Positions 25,657 to 42,830 of a stretch of DNA of 64,000 bases are shown piece by piece; position 1 is the first letter of the stretch, and each line of letters starts with the position of its first letter. Under the pieces are notes generated by a model that worked only from the letters and a program-made list of their open reading frames with translations, did not search any database and was not told the DNA's origin. The translations under genes and the position numbers were made by a program. Source of the stretch: Octopus vulgaris (taxonomy: Eukaryota). Location of the stretch: NCBI GenBank assembly GCA_951406725.2, contig OX597816.1, positions 88,474,001 through 88,538,000 on the forward strand, in the 5' to 3' direction.

Positions 25657-27131
25657 AGAGTTCCTTGCATGGCATTCATCACACTGTCTTTATTGAGAAA
25701 AATATTAAAATCATATATGGTTTGCCTCTGGCTTGAAATATGCCATCAAAGAGGAGAAAGCGTCTTTTTATTGAATTCTTAACTTTGATATCTTTTAATT
25801 TTTTTTCTTTTTTATACAAAATAAAATCCTGAATCTTTTTTCCCGAATACCACTAGTGGTAACCCCAAATAGCACTATTTCAAACGTTTGAGTATCATAA
25901 GTGCCGTGTAACTCTAAACACAAGGTAATTATGTTAATTTCTACCTCCTACGAAGTTATGAATTAAGAGGGAAGACAGAAGACAGGAGACAGGAGACAGT
26001 TCGTAGTTCACGAGATATTTCATATTGATTTATTTTTCATTCTAATTCTTTAGCTGTTTAGCAAATATCTAAATAAAATTATAAAACTATATACATTTAG
26101 TTATCTAGTTCTAGTTATCCTGTTTGTTCTGACACACACATACATATTTATACATACAACTCACATAAACATACACATAAATAACCATCACACGCATACA
26201 CAGGTCTACTGAATATAACAAGCATTTATTTATAATTGATATGCCTACGGACTATTAGGTAGAACTATACAATTCAAACCCAAATACTACAGAATAAATA
26301 CATCAAAAATTACATTCAATCAAAATACGTAATTCACACAAATTTTTAAATGAATCAAGCTCATAATAGCTATCTAACGAGTGAATATGTAATGAACATT
26401 TTCATAAGACACTGCACAAAATACTTCTATATCCGACCGAACGCTAAAATTTATAACGCAGTAGGAAAACGATAAAACGAAGGAAACATTATCAATAACA
26501 CCGCAAGTATACAAATCTGAGAACAAGCAACTAATGAGCATTGTAATCCACAGATTTGATTGTGTCTTCAATGAAACATGTCTGGAGACGAATACCGCAG
26601 TTTTGTACATTTCGACAGTATATAATATGTAGAGGATACTATTTTGAACTAACAGTGCTTCTGTAGGATATTTACGACACCAGTGGCTTATTTATCAGTG
26701 TTTTCCTATAACAGTAGGGGTCAGAGTTTTCCTAAGCATGCGGTTGCTAATAGGTAGCCGCTATTAGGGAAATACATACATGCATATTACTAGATTTAGC
26801 AACTCCACCAACTCTGCTGGAAGTTTTTCGTCTGCTCTTTGTATTCTGTTGTGCTTTTTAGGGATATACGTCTATACAAGATACTTACTCGAGATGGTTA
26901 CCTCAGTTTTGTTATTTCTATATTAAATCGATGTTAAGTACGATATACAGAAATCTATTTTGAACTAACACTGCTTCCATCGCTAATAGGGAATATATAG
27001 ATACATATATATGTGTATGTATATATATATATATATATATACACAATTTAAAGGACTGACGACTAAAAGTGGACGGTCAACATGCTAGGCCACTGGTTTT
27101 AATTGATTAATATCAATGTCTACCCTTATTC

Positions 27132-27209
<78 letters not shown>

Positions 27210-27250
27210 ATGGAATAATTACATAATTACTATGACGCATTGGATAGATT

Positions 27251-27437
27251 ATATTGTATAAAAGATCGTGGGTGAAGCCAAAACAATGCGAAGTAGATGC
27301 AAGGTAAATCACAAGAACACAAATTTGTGAATTAATACAAGGTAACTCAACTTTAATTCTTATATTTGTTTTCTTGTGATTTACCTTGCATTTACTCCGC
27401 ATTGTTTTGGCCTCACCTACGATCTTTTATACAATAT
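27251..27437. repeat. 85-bp inverted repeat with a 17-nt spacer
   Basis: 27251-27335 versus 27353-27437, few mismatches. Confidence 0.85.
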
Positions 27438-27471
27438 ATATATATATGCACATATATATGCATATATATGT

Positions 27472-27543
<72 letters not shown>

Positions 27544-27549
27544 ATAGAC

Positions 27550-27603
<54 letters not shown>

Positions 27604-29326
27604 AGTTACATAATACATATATATACATATATATTCAATCATACATATGTACTCTTAATAGCAGCAGCAGCAGTAGCAGTGGTATTGGTGGTGGTGGTGG
27701 TGGTGGTAGTAGTAGTAATAGTAGTAGTTTTTGTTGTAGATCAGTGCAATTGAGTGGAAGTACGAGAAGAATGCCCAAGGATATTAGTAACAACAACACG
27801 CAAATGGGTGAATGTGTGAACAAACAGATGCATGAGTACCCGCTCTAATATAACACAATTGTTGTCAATTGGAAATTTTACAAGTATGAATAATATTGCT
27901 TATTCTGTGAGCTCTTTCGTGTTGACAGAATTCATCATGAAAGGAAATGAATTGTGTTCTCATCGCTAAGTTGAGTAGTGGCGATTGACATTGTAGGAAT
28001 GCAAATCTTTATATAACATGGAGAGTAAATATGTATTTCAGCACCCCAGATTGTCATCTATGAGAAAAGTTTTGCTCCCCTTCCTAATTATGAGACACTC
28101 TCGTTGTTCACCAGAAATGAATTGGCATGATAATATAACCAGATGTAAGCATCAAAAGGGCGAATACATAATGTAATCAACTTGGATTATATACACTCTG
28201 ATTTAACACCCACACCTCATATATGTATACTAGTGCTCCAAAACAGCGTAATCGAGAAGAAAAACCATATTGGTTTATACGAAGGAAGTTTTAAAAGCCG
28301 TTATGCTAACCTTCAGTTTCTTTGCGATACATTGCTTAAAATAAAGCCACTAAGTTGGTTAGCCATGTATCAGCTCCGAAGACAAACTACACACCACATG
28401 CAATCAATTGGAGAATCGTGGGGAAATCTACACAATATATACATGTATGAAAGAGATTCAAGCTATGTCGAGCTGAAAGATAGCATGTTATTTATAGATA
28501 CAAGCAGTCCACCACACTACTTAATTCCAGATCCTAAATATTTAGTAACTGCAAGCAGATGCGCAGGATTCATTTGTCGAACTGTAGGACACCTTCCACT
28601 CTGGACAGAGTAGCTATCACACAAACAATGACCTCGTCTCTGTTATATTATTCTACGTCAGCTACTTTAACTCTTATTGGTTTTTTTTTCTTTCTTCTCA
28701 TTCAACGTTTTGCATCAAACTGCTTCGCTTTTTTTCTGCCGTATTTTTTTCTCCTGTTTTCACACAAAGGAGCGTCCAGGTTTTCAAATTCCTCTAAAGG
28801 TATGCACTGAGCCTGAAAGATGGCTTGACGTCATGTGGCTTGTTATATATATATATATATATATAAATCAAATGAAAAATATATCCTTTAGTATGCCTTC
28901 TAAGCGTTACCCACCATTCTTGTCCTTTTTGAACCTGACGCTATATTTTGCTCGTTTTGTATTTAGTTCGTCTTTGTCGTTCTTCCGTTGTCTTAAGTTA
29001 TTTAATTTACTTTCATATGTCCACTTCTGTATCGCTTGTAATCCATATATTGTTTGCTCTCGGACTTATAATCTCCGTGACTTTCGCGGACACCTCCAGC
29101 ATGGGAAGCATCTGGATGATAGCTGAAGAATCAGGACCACTCTGTATCTATCTTTTGTCCGTTTGTACACTCACAATACGTTATACATTTTCAGCCTTCG
29201 TTTGTTTCACAATACGCTTTTTTTATTTATTAAGTAGCGAAACGCAACGCACCCTGGTTTTTATTACAGTAAATTATACATATATATATGTGTGTGTGTG
29301 TGCGTGTGTGTGTATGTGTGTATGTA

Positions 29327-29365
<39 letters not shown>

Positions 29366-30684
29366 CTGTAAATACATCACAAGAACTGCTGCTTTATTGA
29401 TAAAGTTGCAAAGGCATCATAATAATTTTTTGCTTAATTAATAAAGCTGAAAAGACATCACAAAAACTGTTTTGTGTGTATGTACGTATATGTATTTATA
29501 TATATATATACATATATATATATATGCAAAGTCGAAAATAACTGCGATGGAATTTTTCATATGTGGTGTAATGGTTTTGCAAGATATGACTTCAGCACAT
29601 TAACTTCCATTATGTCCTTTACATTGCATCAACATTTCATGCATTTATTCCTAAAGTTAAGGATGTTATTAAAAATTGAAATCCATCAGTGACATTTGGG
29701 AAACACTATATATATATATACATACATATAAAATTGTTTGCAGACAAGCAAACGAAAATGTGCATATAGTGACCCATATCTGATATAGCTGGAATAGTAC
29801 AAAAGAAAGTAACACCGTCCCTCCACGCCGTTTCGGGTATTTTTCGTTTCAGAGGTATTTTTCAACACACTGTAGTTTTAGCTCCATTAGTAAAGAGATT
29901 CTGCCTCCGTCCAACAGATTGCCTATATTGTTAAGTCCAATGTCAGACGTGAAACCAATGGTTACCTTCTGACTGGCCAAGTGTGTGTTCGCCTTCGGAC
30001 CCACATTTTGGAACTACAAACAAGTATCCTTGTCAATTGCTTAATATCAGTTTTTTAGCAAAATAGCTAGCATACACTTTTCCCTACACAGCCATATTTC
30101 AAAAACGGTTATCATACATGAAAATGACGATCCGCTTCTTTAATTGAGATTTATTTTTCATACCCACCGCATATACGAATATCTTTTGCCATTACATCTA
30201 CCTCCCTCCCATATATTATATATAAATCTTCAGTTTTTCACGATCCAAACACATTTCGATTAATTCTGAAGCAGAAATATATGAGACCAAGTTTGGGTTA
30301 GATTCGGTTTCGATGAAGAAGTTCAAAGATGTTGAAAATGCCCTAAGTTTCATTGTAGTACTGAAGAACACACTAATTACTAATGCAATCCTAATTTAAT
30401 TAGTTTTAATTGATTAAAGATTCAGGATGAATCCTCTTAACTGTTAGGTATTTTTTTATCAGAATTAATCATTTAAGTAATTACTATTCTTACAATAACT
30501 GAAGGTGAGTTTCTAATTAAAATTTCTTTGAGTGTTGCTTTAAGTATGCGAGCAAACACTTCGCTAGGTAATATATAATCACAGTCACATATATAAAATA
30601 TACATACATGTAAACAACGATTATCTCTCTCTTATTCTCACTGTATATCTCTCTGTCTCACACCCTCTCTCAGTATACATACAT

Positions 30685-30810
30685 ACAGACAGACAGACAG
30701 ACAGACAGCCAGACAGACAGACGGACGGACGGACAGGCGCGCTGACGGACAGACAGACAGATAGGCGCGCTGACGGACAGACAGACAGACAGGCGCGCTG
30801 ACGGACAAGC
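30685..30810. repeat. (GACA/GACG)n microsatellite interrupted three times by ggcgcgctgacg
   Basis: Visible higher-order repeat. Confidence 0.85.
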
Positions 30811-31656
30811 AGTCGTTGCAGAAATTAACTGGTGTCCGAGCAGTATCATTTGGAAAGTAACATACTCCATGGATGGTAATACGAAAACCCATAAAAAGGG
30901 GGAGAAACTCCACCGTAGTTATACTATCCAGTTCCAGAACTAGGGAAGCATTCTTAAGACCACATTTTCTCGTACCTTCTTGGTTAATACATAACCATTG
31001 CTATCCTTGGAAATGGAAGCTCATTTACCTAAGATGCTGTTGAATGCCCTCATTACTATAATTTGGAAAACAAGCGACTCATAACACAAACGATTTTGTA
31101 GTGCTTTGAAATTACATCCCTCTAGCCGCTCAAGCCTGTATATTTCGCTATTCTCAATCACCGCAGGATATTTTTAATAGGATATTTTCATGAATTTTCT
31201 GTACATGAAATCTAGTGTAGTAAGTGAAGTGTGTACAAAATAGAGTTGCACCCAGTTTTCAAATATAATATCTTTCTTCCCGATGCCCAGCTTTGGATGC
31301 GGCCACCAGAAATTGAGTAATCCCAAGCTTTTATTTGAAGGTATCTTTCTTCTGGACAGCTATTCGGCCAGGAACTTGGGGTCCGTCATTTCCTTGTACG
31401 ATTCACTGCATTCGTTCAGCATCACGTGCATCCCAGTATCGGTGTGCAATCACCAGATAGTTGTTCACCTGACGGTAAGTTTATCTTCTCATGTACCACT
31501 CGTTGCACCTGTATAAGTAATGAGGTAATGTAGATCTGATGGAGGGAATGACCTTAAGTCTACACAAACTTTTGATCACTATAAATAAAGCATCTGTGTA
31601 GTTGTTTGGTATGAAATTGTCGAACTCTGATATGTCGTCTAAAGACGGGAGAGTCC

Positions 31657-31698
<42 letters not shown>

Positions 31699-31704
<6 letters not shown>

Positions 31705-31983
31705 AATAAGGGCAAAAGAAAAATTCTAATGCCAAATATGGCGAAAGAAAGACAAAATTGTCAACAACCATTATAATTAAGGCGCCTCGAAACAAGCCGT
31801 TAGAAATTTCTGAAAAATCAGTTATTACCGTATTGGTCCCAATTTCAGAATGTTCTCCTCGTCAGCGATAAATACGTAAGACATAAATGAAATATTTACT
31901 CATACCCATGGAAAAAGCAAGCACTAAGTCCTTTTTTTCGGCATATTTGGCATTAGAATTTTTCGTTTGGCCTTATTTTATAA
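31699..31983. mobile_element. Inverted-repeat element enclosing a hammerhead-like motif
   Basis: Arms 31699-31753 and 31928-31983; minus-strand CTGACGA-GGAG AACA TTCT-GAAA at 31843-31865. Confidence 0.6.
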
Positions 31984-32072
31984 GTTATTTATAAATTTAA
32001 CCTTTAAAGGTATTTTTGATATACTGGCCATTGATAAATATTTTTTCGAAAAAAAATTTTATCCTACATTAG

Positions 32073-32120
<48 letters not shown>

Positions 32121-32125
<5 letters not shown>

Positions 32126-32340
32126 ATCCAAACAAGAAAACAGAGAAAAAAAAGAGAAAAAAACACAGCAACGCAGGACGTGGAACAATTAAAGTATTAT
32201 TGACGCTCAGGAAAGAAGGGAAGGAGGGTTTAAGGCTTCGAGCGGAGCTCTTCGTCGGAAACAAGGAGAAGGAAAGATCCCAAGGAGGGAAGACAGAGGA
32301 GAAAATATTTTAGCTGGTGGTGCTTAAGAGATCACATGTT
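32121..32340 (-). mobile_element. PLE pLTR, subfamily 2, with a mutated hammerhead
   Basis: gttt-CCGACGA-A-GAGC TCC GCTC-GAAgCcTT-aaac at 32228-32262; homologous to 42049-42246. Confidence 0.8.
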
Positions 32341-32393
32341 GAAAGAATATATATATATATACATACATACATATAAGTATATATACATATAAG

Positions 32394-32779
32394 TAATGCA
32401 CGTAGGCATTTCAACATGGCTGTCCTTTCGAATGGAATTTACTGCGATTTTTTAACCCCAAGAGGACATCTTCTCTAGCTGGTTAACGATGCAGAGCTGC
32501 ATCCAAGATATTGCGAGCAGGAAAGCGAAGCCCTACCACTTTGTAATGATCTATAGCAGACAAGGTGTCCAGTAATGAAGATAGGAAGAAATAGCCTGAA
32601 ACCCGACTGGTCTGCTTCTCCGTGGCTAGAAGGTAGTAGGGTTTCCGCTGCCCTACTAGCAATATCTCTGATGCAGCTGTGTATCGTTAACCAGCTAGAG
32701 GAGATGTCCTCTTAAGGTTAAAAATTCACAGTAAAGTCTGTTGGAACGGATAACCATGTTGAAGTCTCTACGAACATTA
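32394..32779. mobile_element. Fold-back element with ~150-bp arms, related to family A
   Basis: Inverted arms 32394-32545 and 32630-32779; the ccagctagaggagatgtcctc block resembles family A agctggaggagatgttctcc. Confidence 0.75.
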
Positions 32780-32894
32780 ATTGTTAGCACAACTATTGCG
32801 TTGATCTCTGAGAGAGATTTTGCTTATATATATATACATATATGTGTGTGTGTGTGTGTCTTTGCGTGTGTGTGTGTGTTTGTGTGTGTGTGTT

Positions 32895-32926
<32 letters not shown>

Positions 32927-33550
32927 CGTGTGTAGATTAAGAAATATCGGTTGTATACGCATATTTCAGCACTGTCTTTGCCAGCAACTGAATATTCTCC
33001 CTAGCTACCTATGAAATCACCTCTCAGAAACCCATTGATATTTGTGAACACGAATAAAAAGAAAAGTTGTCCAGATACGGAATGCATGTACAGATGTATT
33101 TTTTACTTTCGTCAGAACATTATTGGCTCAAAGTTCGAATTGAAACCCTGTAATCACATCAATAATTTAATATCCCAATAAGCGACCAAGAATTATTATC
33201 ATAGTAACACATTGATCCATCCAATTTAATTTAGCTGTGATATATCTAGACGCACTGTTTTATATTCGTTGGAGCATGCGTTGTTGGCTAAAAATCCAAA
33301 AGACAAATTCTGCAGTAAATTATAGCAACACACCTAAATACGGTTAACATGCCAGTATTTTGATGAACACACACACACACACAAACATACACAAGCACAC
33401 ACGCGCACTCACACTTACGCACACACGCAGACACACACACACACACACACACATACATATGTATATATATATAGCCACAGAGGGAGGGAGGGAGACAGAG
33501 AGAAATAGAAAGGCAGACAGACAGACAGATAGATAGATAGATAGATAGAC

Positions 33551-33596
<46 letters not shown>

Positions 33597-33774
33597 GGTT
33601 TGTGAATAGGTATGGGTGTATCAGCCTGTATGTATGTATATATACATACATATCTTCATATATATTACATATGTAGAGATATATAGATAGACAGACCAGA
33701 CAGACATATAGACAGAGAAGACAGACAGACAGACAGATATATAGATGAATATAGATAGATAGATAGATAGATAT

Positions 33775-36551
<2,777 letters not shown>

Positions 36552-37184
36552 CGGTGTCTAACACACAAATGGTGTTTAACTTAGCGACTGCTTTTTCAGT
36601 ACACAAAATATATTTAATATAGTTATATATTGTATTACATAGCTCAATGTAATTATACCTAGGCACATTTTCTCACGTCTTACATGTTGATACACCTTTA
36701 TTCTTAATGATTTCTTATAAATGAAAACACAGTCACACACATATGTATATAAAAGTTCGTGGAAAGTGGAATATCCAATGTTTCGGACGTTTTTTTTTAT
36801 ACAGATTAAGATGGCAGGGAGGGACAGGAGGAAAGGCAGCAGACGTTAATATCATCGATGTTTGAGTAACTGGTTGCAACTGATGGAGAACGCAAGAGAG
36901 TGCGGATTTGCATACATAGACAGGAAGCATTAAAAGAGAGAAGCTAGGTGAGAGGAGGCGAAGAATAGAGGAAAAGAAGCGGGCAAGTATAAGGTGGAAG
37001 TTTAAAAACTTGAGCAGAGGAGGGAGCTGAATATTAAGATTGGGATCACTGAACTGACAGTGGCCGAAATTGTAGAATGAAAGATCTTAATCCAAACCAG
37101 TCATTGCAACGTTTCTATGTTATAATATGAACTATTAGTTCTTCCATTTCCTTGTGTGCTGGTTCACGATTTGCTAAGTTCCGT

Positions 37185-37235
37185 ATGCTGATGAAGACAC
37201 AATGAAATAGCCCGCTGTGTTGAAACGAGTGGGAT
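37185..37235 (+). ncRNA. Hammerhead-like motif
   Basis: CTGATGA-A-GACACA...TGTGTT-GAAAC-GA-GTG; cleavage triplet and stem I are degenerate. Confidence 0.5.
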
Positions 37236-38519
37236 AGGTTAACCTGCCATATGTCGTAACGCGCTTCAAATATGCTCATGAAAATGCTCGCCGTGTTTTT
37301 TCTCCTGATGAAAATGAAGAGTGCACACGAAATTTTATGTAGATATTTCGCCTAGAAATATGAATTCATTTGTAGGTAAAATGAAAATTATATAGAGAAA
37401 ATCGTTACAGCAAAACCCCACTTTACTCTATCGTTATCATGCTGCAAGTAATACATATACATAAATAAATGCACGCATACGTACATGCATACGTGCATAC
37501 AAAAATACATACCTACACACCTAAATACATACATACATATATACATACAAACATACATAGAAACATACGTTCATACATACATACATACGCACACAAATAT
37601 AGCGAAAGAGAGAGAGAGGGGGGAGAGAGAAAGAGAGAGAGAGAGAGAGGAAGCTTTTTATCATTTCGTTTAGGCATATTGATATATTATATTTTCGCCA
37701 TGTAATTGAATTTTTCCATTCCACTGGTTATATCCACGATATATTTATTCTTACTTCTGATCGTACACACACAAACATATACACACACACAAATACACGC
37801 GCGCACGCGCACGCACAGACATACGCGTATATAATATTAATAACAGGAATAAATATATCAGAATGTAATGAGAAAATTTCTACGGGTAGAGTTTAAGAAA
37901 GGGCTAAATTCAACGGAAAAAAAATTAATTTCAGCGTTAAGATATAATATATCCATATGCTCGAACGAAATGATACGTAAAATAGATGTATAGGCAGTCT
38001 TATGATGCAACACTACAGATTGTGTTTTTTTTAATGCATAATATATCCTGACGGTGTGGGAGCTCAAACCTGATAAAATGTATTGGATCTATTTCAATGT
38101 CGCCATATTCGTTAAGGAATGCTATACGGATCAAGTCAACTAGAAATGCTACCTGTTCAATCTTTGCATTGCTTGTGGTACATTTCAAAGCCATTATTAC
38201 GAAATTAGTCTCTGAACAATTGCAAGAATAAGGGCTGGAATAGGAACTTATTTCTAGAAGGCAATTTAACTGTTCGGAAAATAGTAGCAGTGTAGATCTT
38301 CTTACTATGCTTTATCAAATATAAAACAAGTACCTGGGTATAGATCAGGAATAAAAAGTAGTGGTGAAAGAATGGGTTTGAGATCACCAGAGGTTAAACA
38401 AAAGGAAAATAATGAGTAAAACAAGTAGATACCGGAACGAGACCATCGTCTGTTATGTTAAATAATTCTTTATCCAAGAGCTTGACATTGCATCTATATT
38501 AATGCTATCGATATGGAGG

Positions 38520-38616
<97 letters not shown>

Positions 38617-39065
38617 GATGGATGGATGGATGGATGGATAGATAGATGTATACATGCAGTTACAATTAACTATTGAATCGCTGTCTGCTTTCGATTGTAC
38701 GTGTATCTTAGTTGAACACAGACTATGATAAGTTCTTGATGCTCCTTCAACTGTATAGCTTCGAGTAAGTAGTTAAGAGCCTTAACTTGTATTCTCTGAT
38801 TAGACAATACAATAAAAGTATTTGAAAGTATTTATCATTACTTTTCTAAGACGATTATAATTTCTTGTCTGGGTATCATGTGATTGTTATATCATGTTAG
38901 TTGTTTTCCTTCTATATATTTGTTTCTCTCTCTCCCTTCATGTTGTGTGTGTGTTTGTGTTTGGGTATTTGTGTGTGGATGTGTGTTTTTCTGTGTTGGC
39001 AACTAGAAATATAAACAATGGCAATATATTGTGTAGCCTCTATGGATAACTGTATTCATTTCATG

Positions 39066-39105
39066 TCCACTGACGAGGTGAATAATAGTCGAAACCTCTA
39101 AACGT
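39066..39105 (+). ncRNA. Hammerhead-like motif, degenerate
   Basis: CTGACGA-G...C-GAAAC with a 14-nt stem II region; no clear stem I or III. Confidence 0.4.
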
Positions 39106-39439
39106 TCATAATGTTACTTGTAAATCTTCCATATTTTCTTCATAATGATAGATTTCAGGTATTTCTTTTCTGCTTTCCTTTAGCTCAGAGATTTAAAATT
39201 ATAACTGTCGAGTGGTTCTCCTCAAACATTCATTAGTTATCTGACTGGCATTATTTAAGCTTGCATTGCTTATGTTAATGTACAGCAATCGACTCTCATT
39301 CACTCGTTTATAGCTATACATACATACACATGCATATGTATATGTGCGTATATGTGTTTGTATGTATATATATATATGCGTGTGTGTGTGTGTGTACATC
39401 TATATAAATCTATCTATCTACTGTCTATCAATCCATCCC

Positions 39440-39535
<96 letters not shown>

Positions 39536-39536
<1 letters not shown>

Positions 39537-39611
39537 AGCGTTATACAAACACATATGTTTGTTTTCTACACCACCTGTTTTCGTCTTTCGTTTTTTTTTG
39601 TGAATTCTCCC
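39536..39611 (+). mobile_element. Extreme 3' end of the PLE pLTR family
   Basis: Matches 9180-9254 (gcgttat...ctacaccacctg...gtgaattctccc), then (TA)n. Confidence 0.8.
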
Positions 39612-39625
39612 TATATATATATATT

Positions 39626-39724
<99 letters not shown>

Positions 39725-40189
39725 TGATAGATAGATAGATAGATAGATAGATATGTATGTATACATTCTTGTGTGTGTACATATATATATGTGTGTGCGT
39801 GTGTGTACGCACATATGCATACACAATCGCACATATGTACTTGTATGTATATGTACGTACGTGCGTATAGTATATTAATATAAAATAGTCTGTTTGAGAC
39901 ACTACAAATAGCTCATGATAGCACATAATATTTAAGTAATTCATCTGAAGAATGCTTCAATCTTCAGGGAAAATTATGTAAATATCACGTATTACCACGA
40001 AAAGATTCATAGTGTATCCTTCAGAGTGTATCATATTGCATACTAGCATTTGCGTATACACATACACACACACACACACTGAGTACGCACACACATACAG
40101 ATGGATGTCTACAAATAAATATATACATGCATATACATATACATATATATATATACTGCTGCATACACATATATATATACACTTACACA

Positions 40190-40325
<136 letters not shown>

Positions 40326-40757
40326 GTGTGGGTTGCAGAGCGGTGGATACATAATTATACAGGTGGATAACTTGATAGATGATAGATGAAGAAGAGTGAT
40401 TTCTAAAACTATATTCCGTTCTTTTGGTGTAACCTTCAGCTATTTAACATGTTAAGCAATCTTTTTCTTTTATCTACTCAGTAAACAAAGGCGAACGGAA
40501 ACAAAACGTGAAATGTAACCAAAATTTAAGCAAAAAAAACAACAAAACAATGACGTATAAAATAATAACAACAATGAAAGCAGTAAGAAGAAAACAACAA
40601 TAGGATTGCGTAACCACAAACAAAATTGGAGACAGTGTTTTCGTCATCGGTTTTTCCGCTTTTTCTCTCCTCATTATGCTGCAAAGGACAAGTTAATAAA
40701 TTACTCTGAAGGAAATAGCTACCGAAGTAATGAATGGAGAAAAGAATAGAAAATCCG

Positions 40758-40788
40758 TAGTAATAGTAGTAGTAGTAGTAGTAGTAGC

Positions 40789-40850
<62 letters not shown>

Positions 40851-40857
40851 CAGTAGT
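40758..40857. repeat. (TAG)n microsatellite
   Basis: Visible tandem repeat. Confidence 0.97.
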
Positions 40858-40963
40858 AAAAAAGAACAATGACAGGAATGAAATGACAGGAAGAAGAAAA
40901 CAAGGAGGAGGAGGAGGGAAGGGAGCCAGATGCGGATGGTGAGGAACAGAATAATAAGAATAC

Positions 40964-41065
<102 letters not shown>

Positions 41066-41357
41066 GAGAATAAACATTAGAGAAAATGTATAAGAATGAA
41101 AAATAATATAAATATAAGCGAAAGAAGGAAAAGACAAAAATAAAGCTGGAACTGTGAGCTCAAATATATAAAACTACAAATTCAAACAGGAAAATCGAAA
41201 TGAACAAAAAACAATATAAAAAAAAAAGAATGTTCGAAGTATAGTTAAGTATGTTTCGTGCGATTTCGGATTTCTGTGACTGTAAATGACGCAAAAGCTA
41301 AGCATCGATTTCGAAACGTTATTGTCTAAAAGAAATCGTTTATTATTTCTGCTGCTA

Positions 41358-41381
41358 TGATTATTATTATTATTATTATCA

Positions 41382-41445
<64 letters not shown>

Positions 41446-41482
41446 CATCATCATCATCATCGTTATCATCATCATCATCATC

Positions 41483-41556
<74 letters not shown>

Positions 41557-41575
41557 CATTATTACTATTATTATT
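41358..41575. repeat. (ATT)n/(ATC)n microsatellite
   Basis: Visible tandem repeat. Confidence 0.97.
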
Positions 41576-41990
41576 TCTTGTACTGTGTTATTGTTCGTCC
41601 CGATCATACAGTATGCATTGATGTGTAACTTTTTATTTGTTTAGTTTTGTGTTATGTCACTTGATTTTCTTTCTTTCTCACAGAGTCAAACTTGTATGTT
41701 AAGTAAGGAAAGATTATAATTACAAACGTTAAGTCGGATTTACCAGTATACTTCAAAAGCATCAATACACAACAATAATGAAATAGATTGCTAACATTGT
41801 CACACTCAAGGTCACCTGTTTTTCAGGTAACGTTAGAATCGGTTGAATCGACTCCAGTATCTAATGCAGTGTTTCTCGACCTATCATGCATAACCATTTA
41901 AAATAAATTTTATGTCTCAAGGAAACCTGGCAAAAAAATTATATACTATATCTTACTCATATATTTTTCACGTGGTAAATATCAAATATA

Positions 41991-42048
<58 letters not shown>

Positions 42049-42051
<3 letters not shown>

Positions 42052-42246
42052 AGTTAATCCAAACAAGAAAGCACAAAAAACACAATATCGCGAGGACGTG
42101 GAACAAATATAGTATTATTTGACGCTCAGGAAAGAAGGACGGTTTAACGTTTCGAGCGGAGCTCTTCGTCGGAATCATAGGAGAAGGAAAGATTCCGAGA
42201 AGGGAAGACAGAGGAAAAAAAATCGCCAACGATACACACGAGGTCA
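42049..42246 (-). mobile_element. PLE pLTR, subfamily 2, with a minimal hammerhead
   Basis: CCGACGA-A-GAGC TCC GCTC-GAAAC-GTT-aaac at 42142-42176; the 3' end abuts (TA)n. Confidence 0.82.
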
Positions 42247-42431
42247 AACCACTATTATGCAATTCAAACAAGGATAGACATAAACCATATCATATAGAAA
42301 AAATTAAATATATTATAAAACATATATATACATCACAGATTCTTTTATTAGAAGAATCATGTCTTTATTATTTGAAGAATTATTGTTTATTAAAAATATG
42401 TATTTATTTAACTATTATTGTTATTATTGTT

Positions 42432-42533
42432 GACCTGAGGAGTGACTATACTTTTAAATTGAATTGTTTTGGGAATACATTTAAATTTAATTGTAATTCT
42501 AATTGAAGTTATAGCCACGAAACGTACGTAGCA
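42432..42533 (+). ncRNA. Hammerhead motif with a large loop II
   Basis: CTGAGGA-GTGACTATA-(59 nt)-TATAGCCAC-GAAAC-GTAC-GTA. Confidence 0.68.
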
Positions 42534-42759
42534 TTTTTAATTTATACTTTTTATTCATTGTTTTGTACGTTTTGTGATCTGGATATATGTTTTATAATAT
42601 ATTTTAATTTTTCTATATGATATGCTTTATGTCTATCATTGTTTGAATTATATAATAGTGTTTTTTCTCTAATTTATATATATTATATATTTATATTGTG
42701 AAATTTGATTTAATACTAAATTGAATTTTTCCCTGTAAGTTTGGAGTTATACTTCCTAA

Positions 42760-42793
<34 letters not shown>

Positions 42794-42796
42794 GTT

Positions 42797-42830
<34 letters not shown>

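Noticed and set aside
40628-40656. Minus-strand CCGATGAC-GAAAACACTGTC, and CTGAAGA motifs near 39945 and 48625
   Set aside because: Stem II is absent or unpairable, so too degenerate to call as hammerheads.
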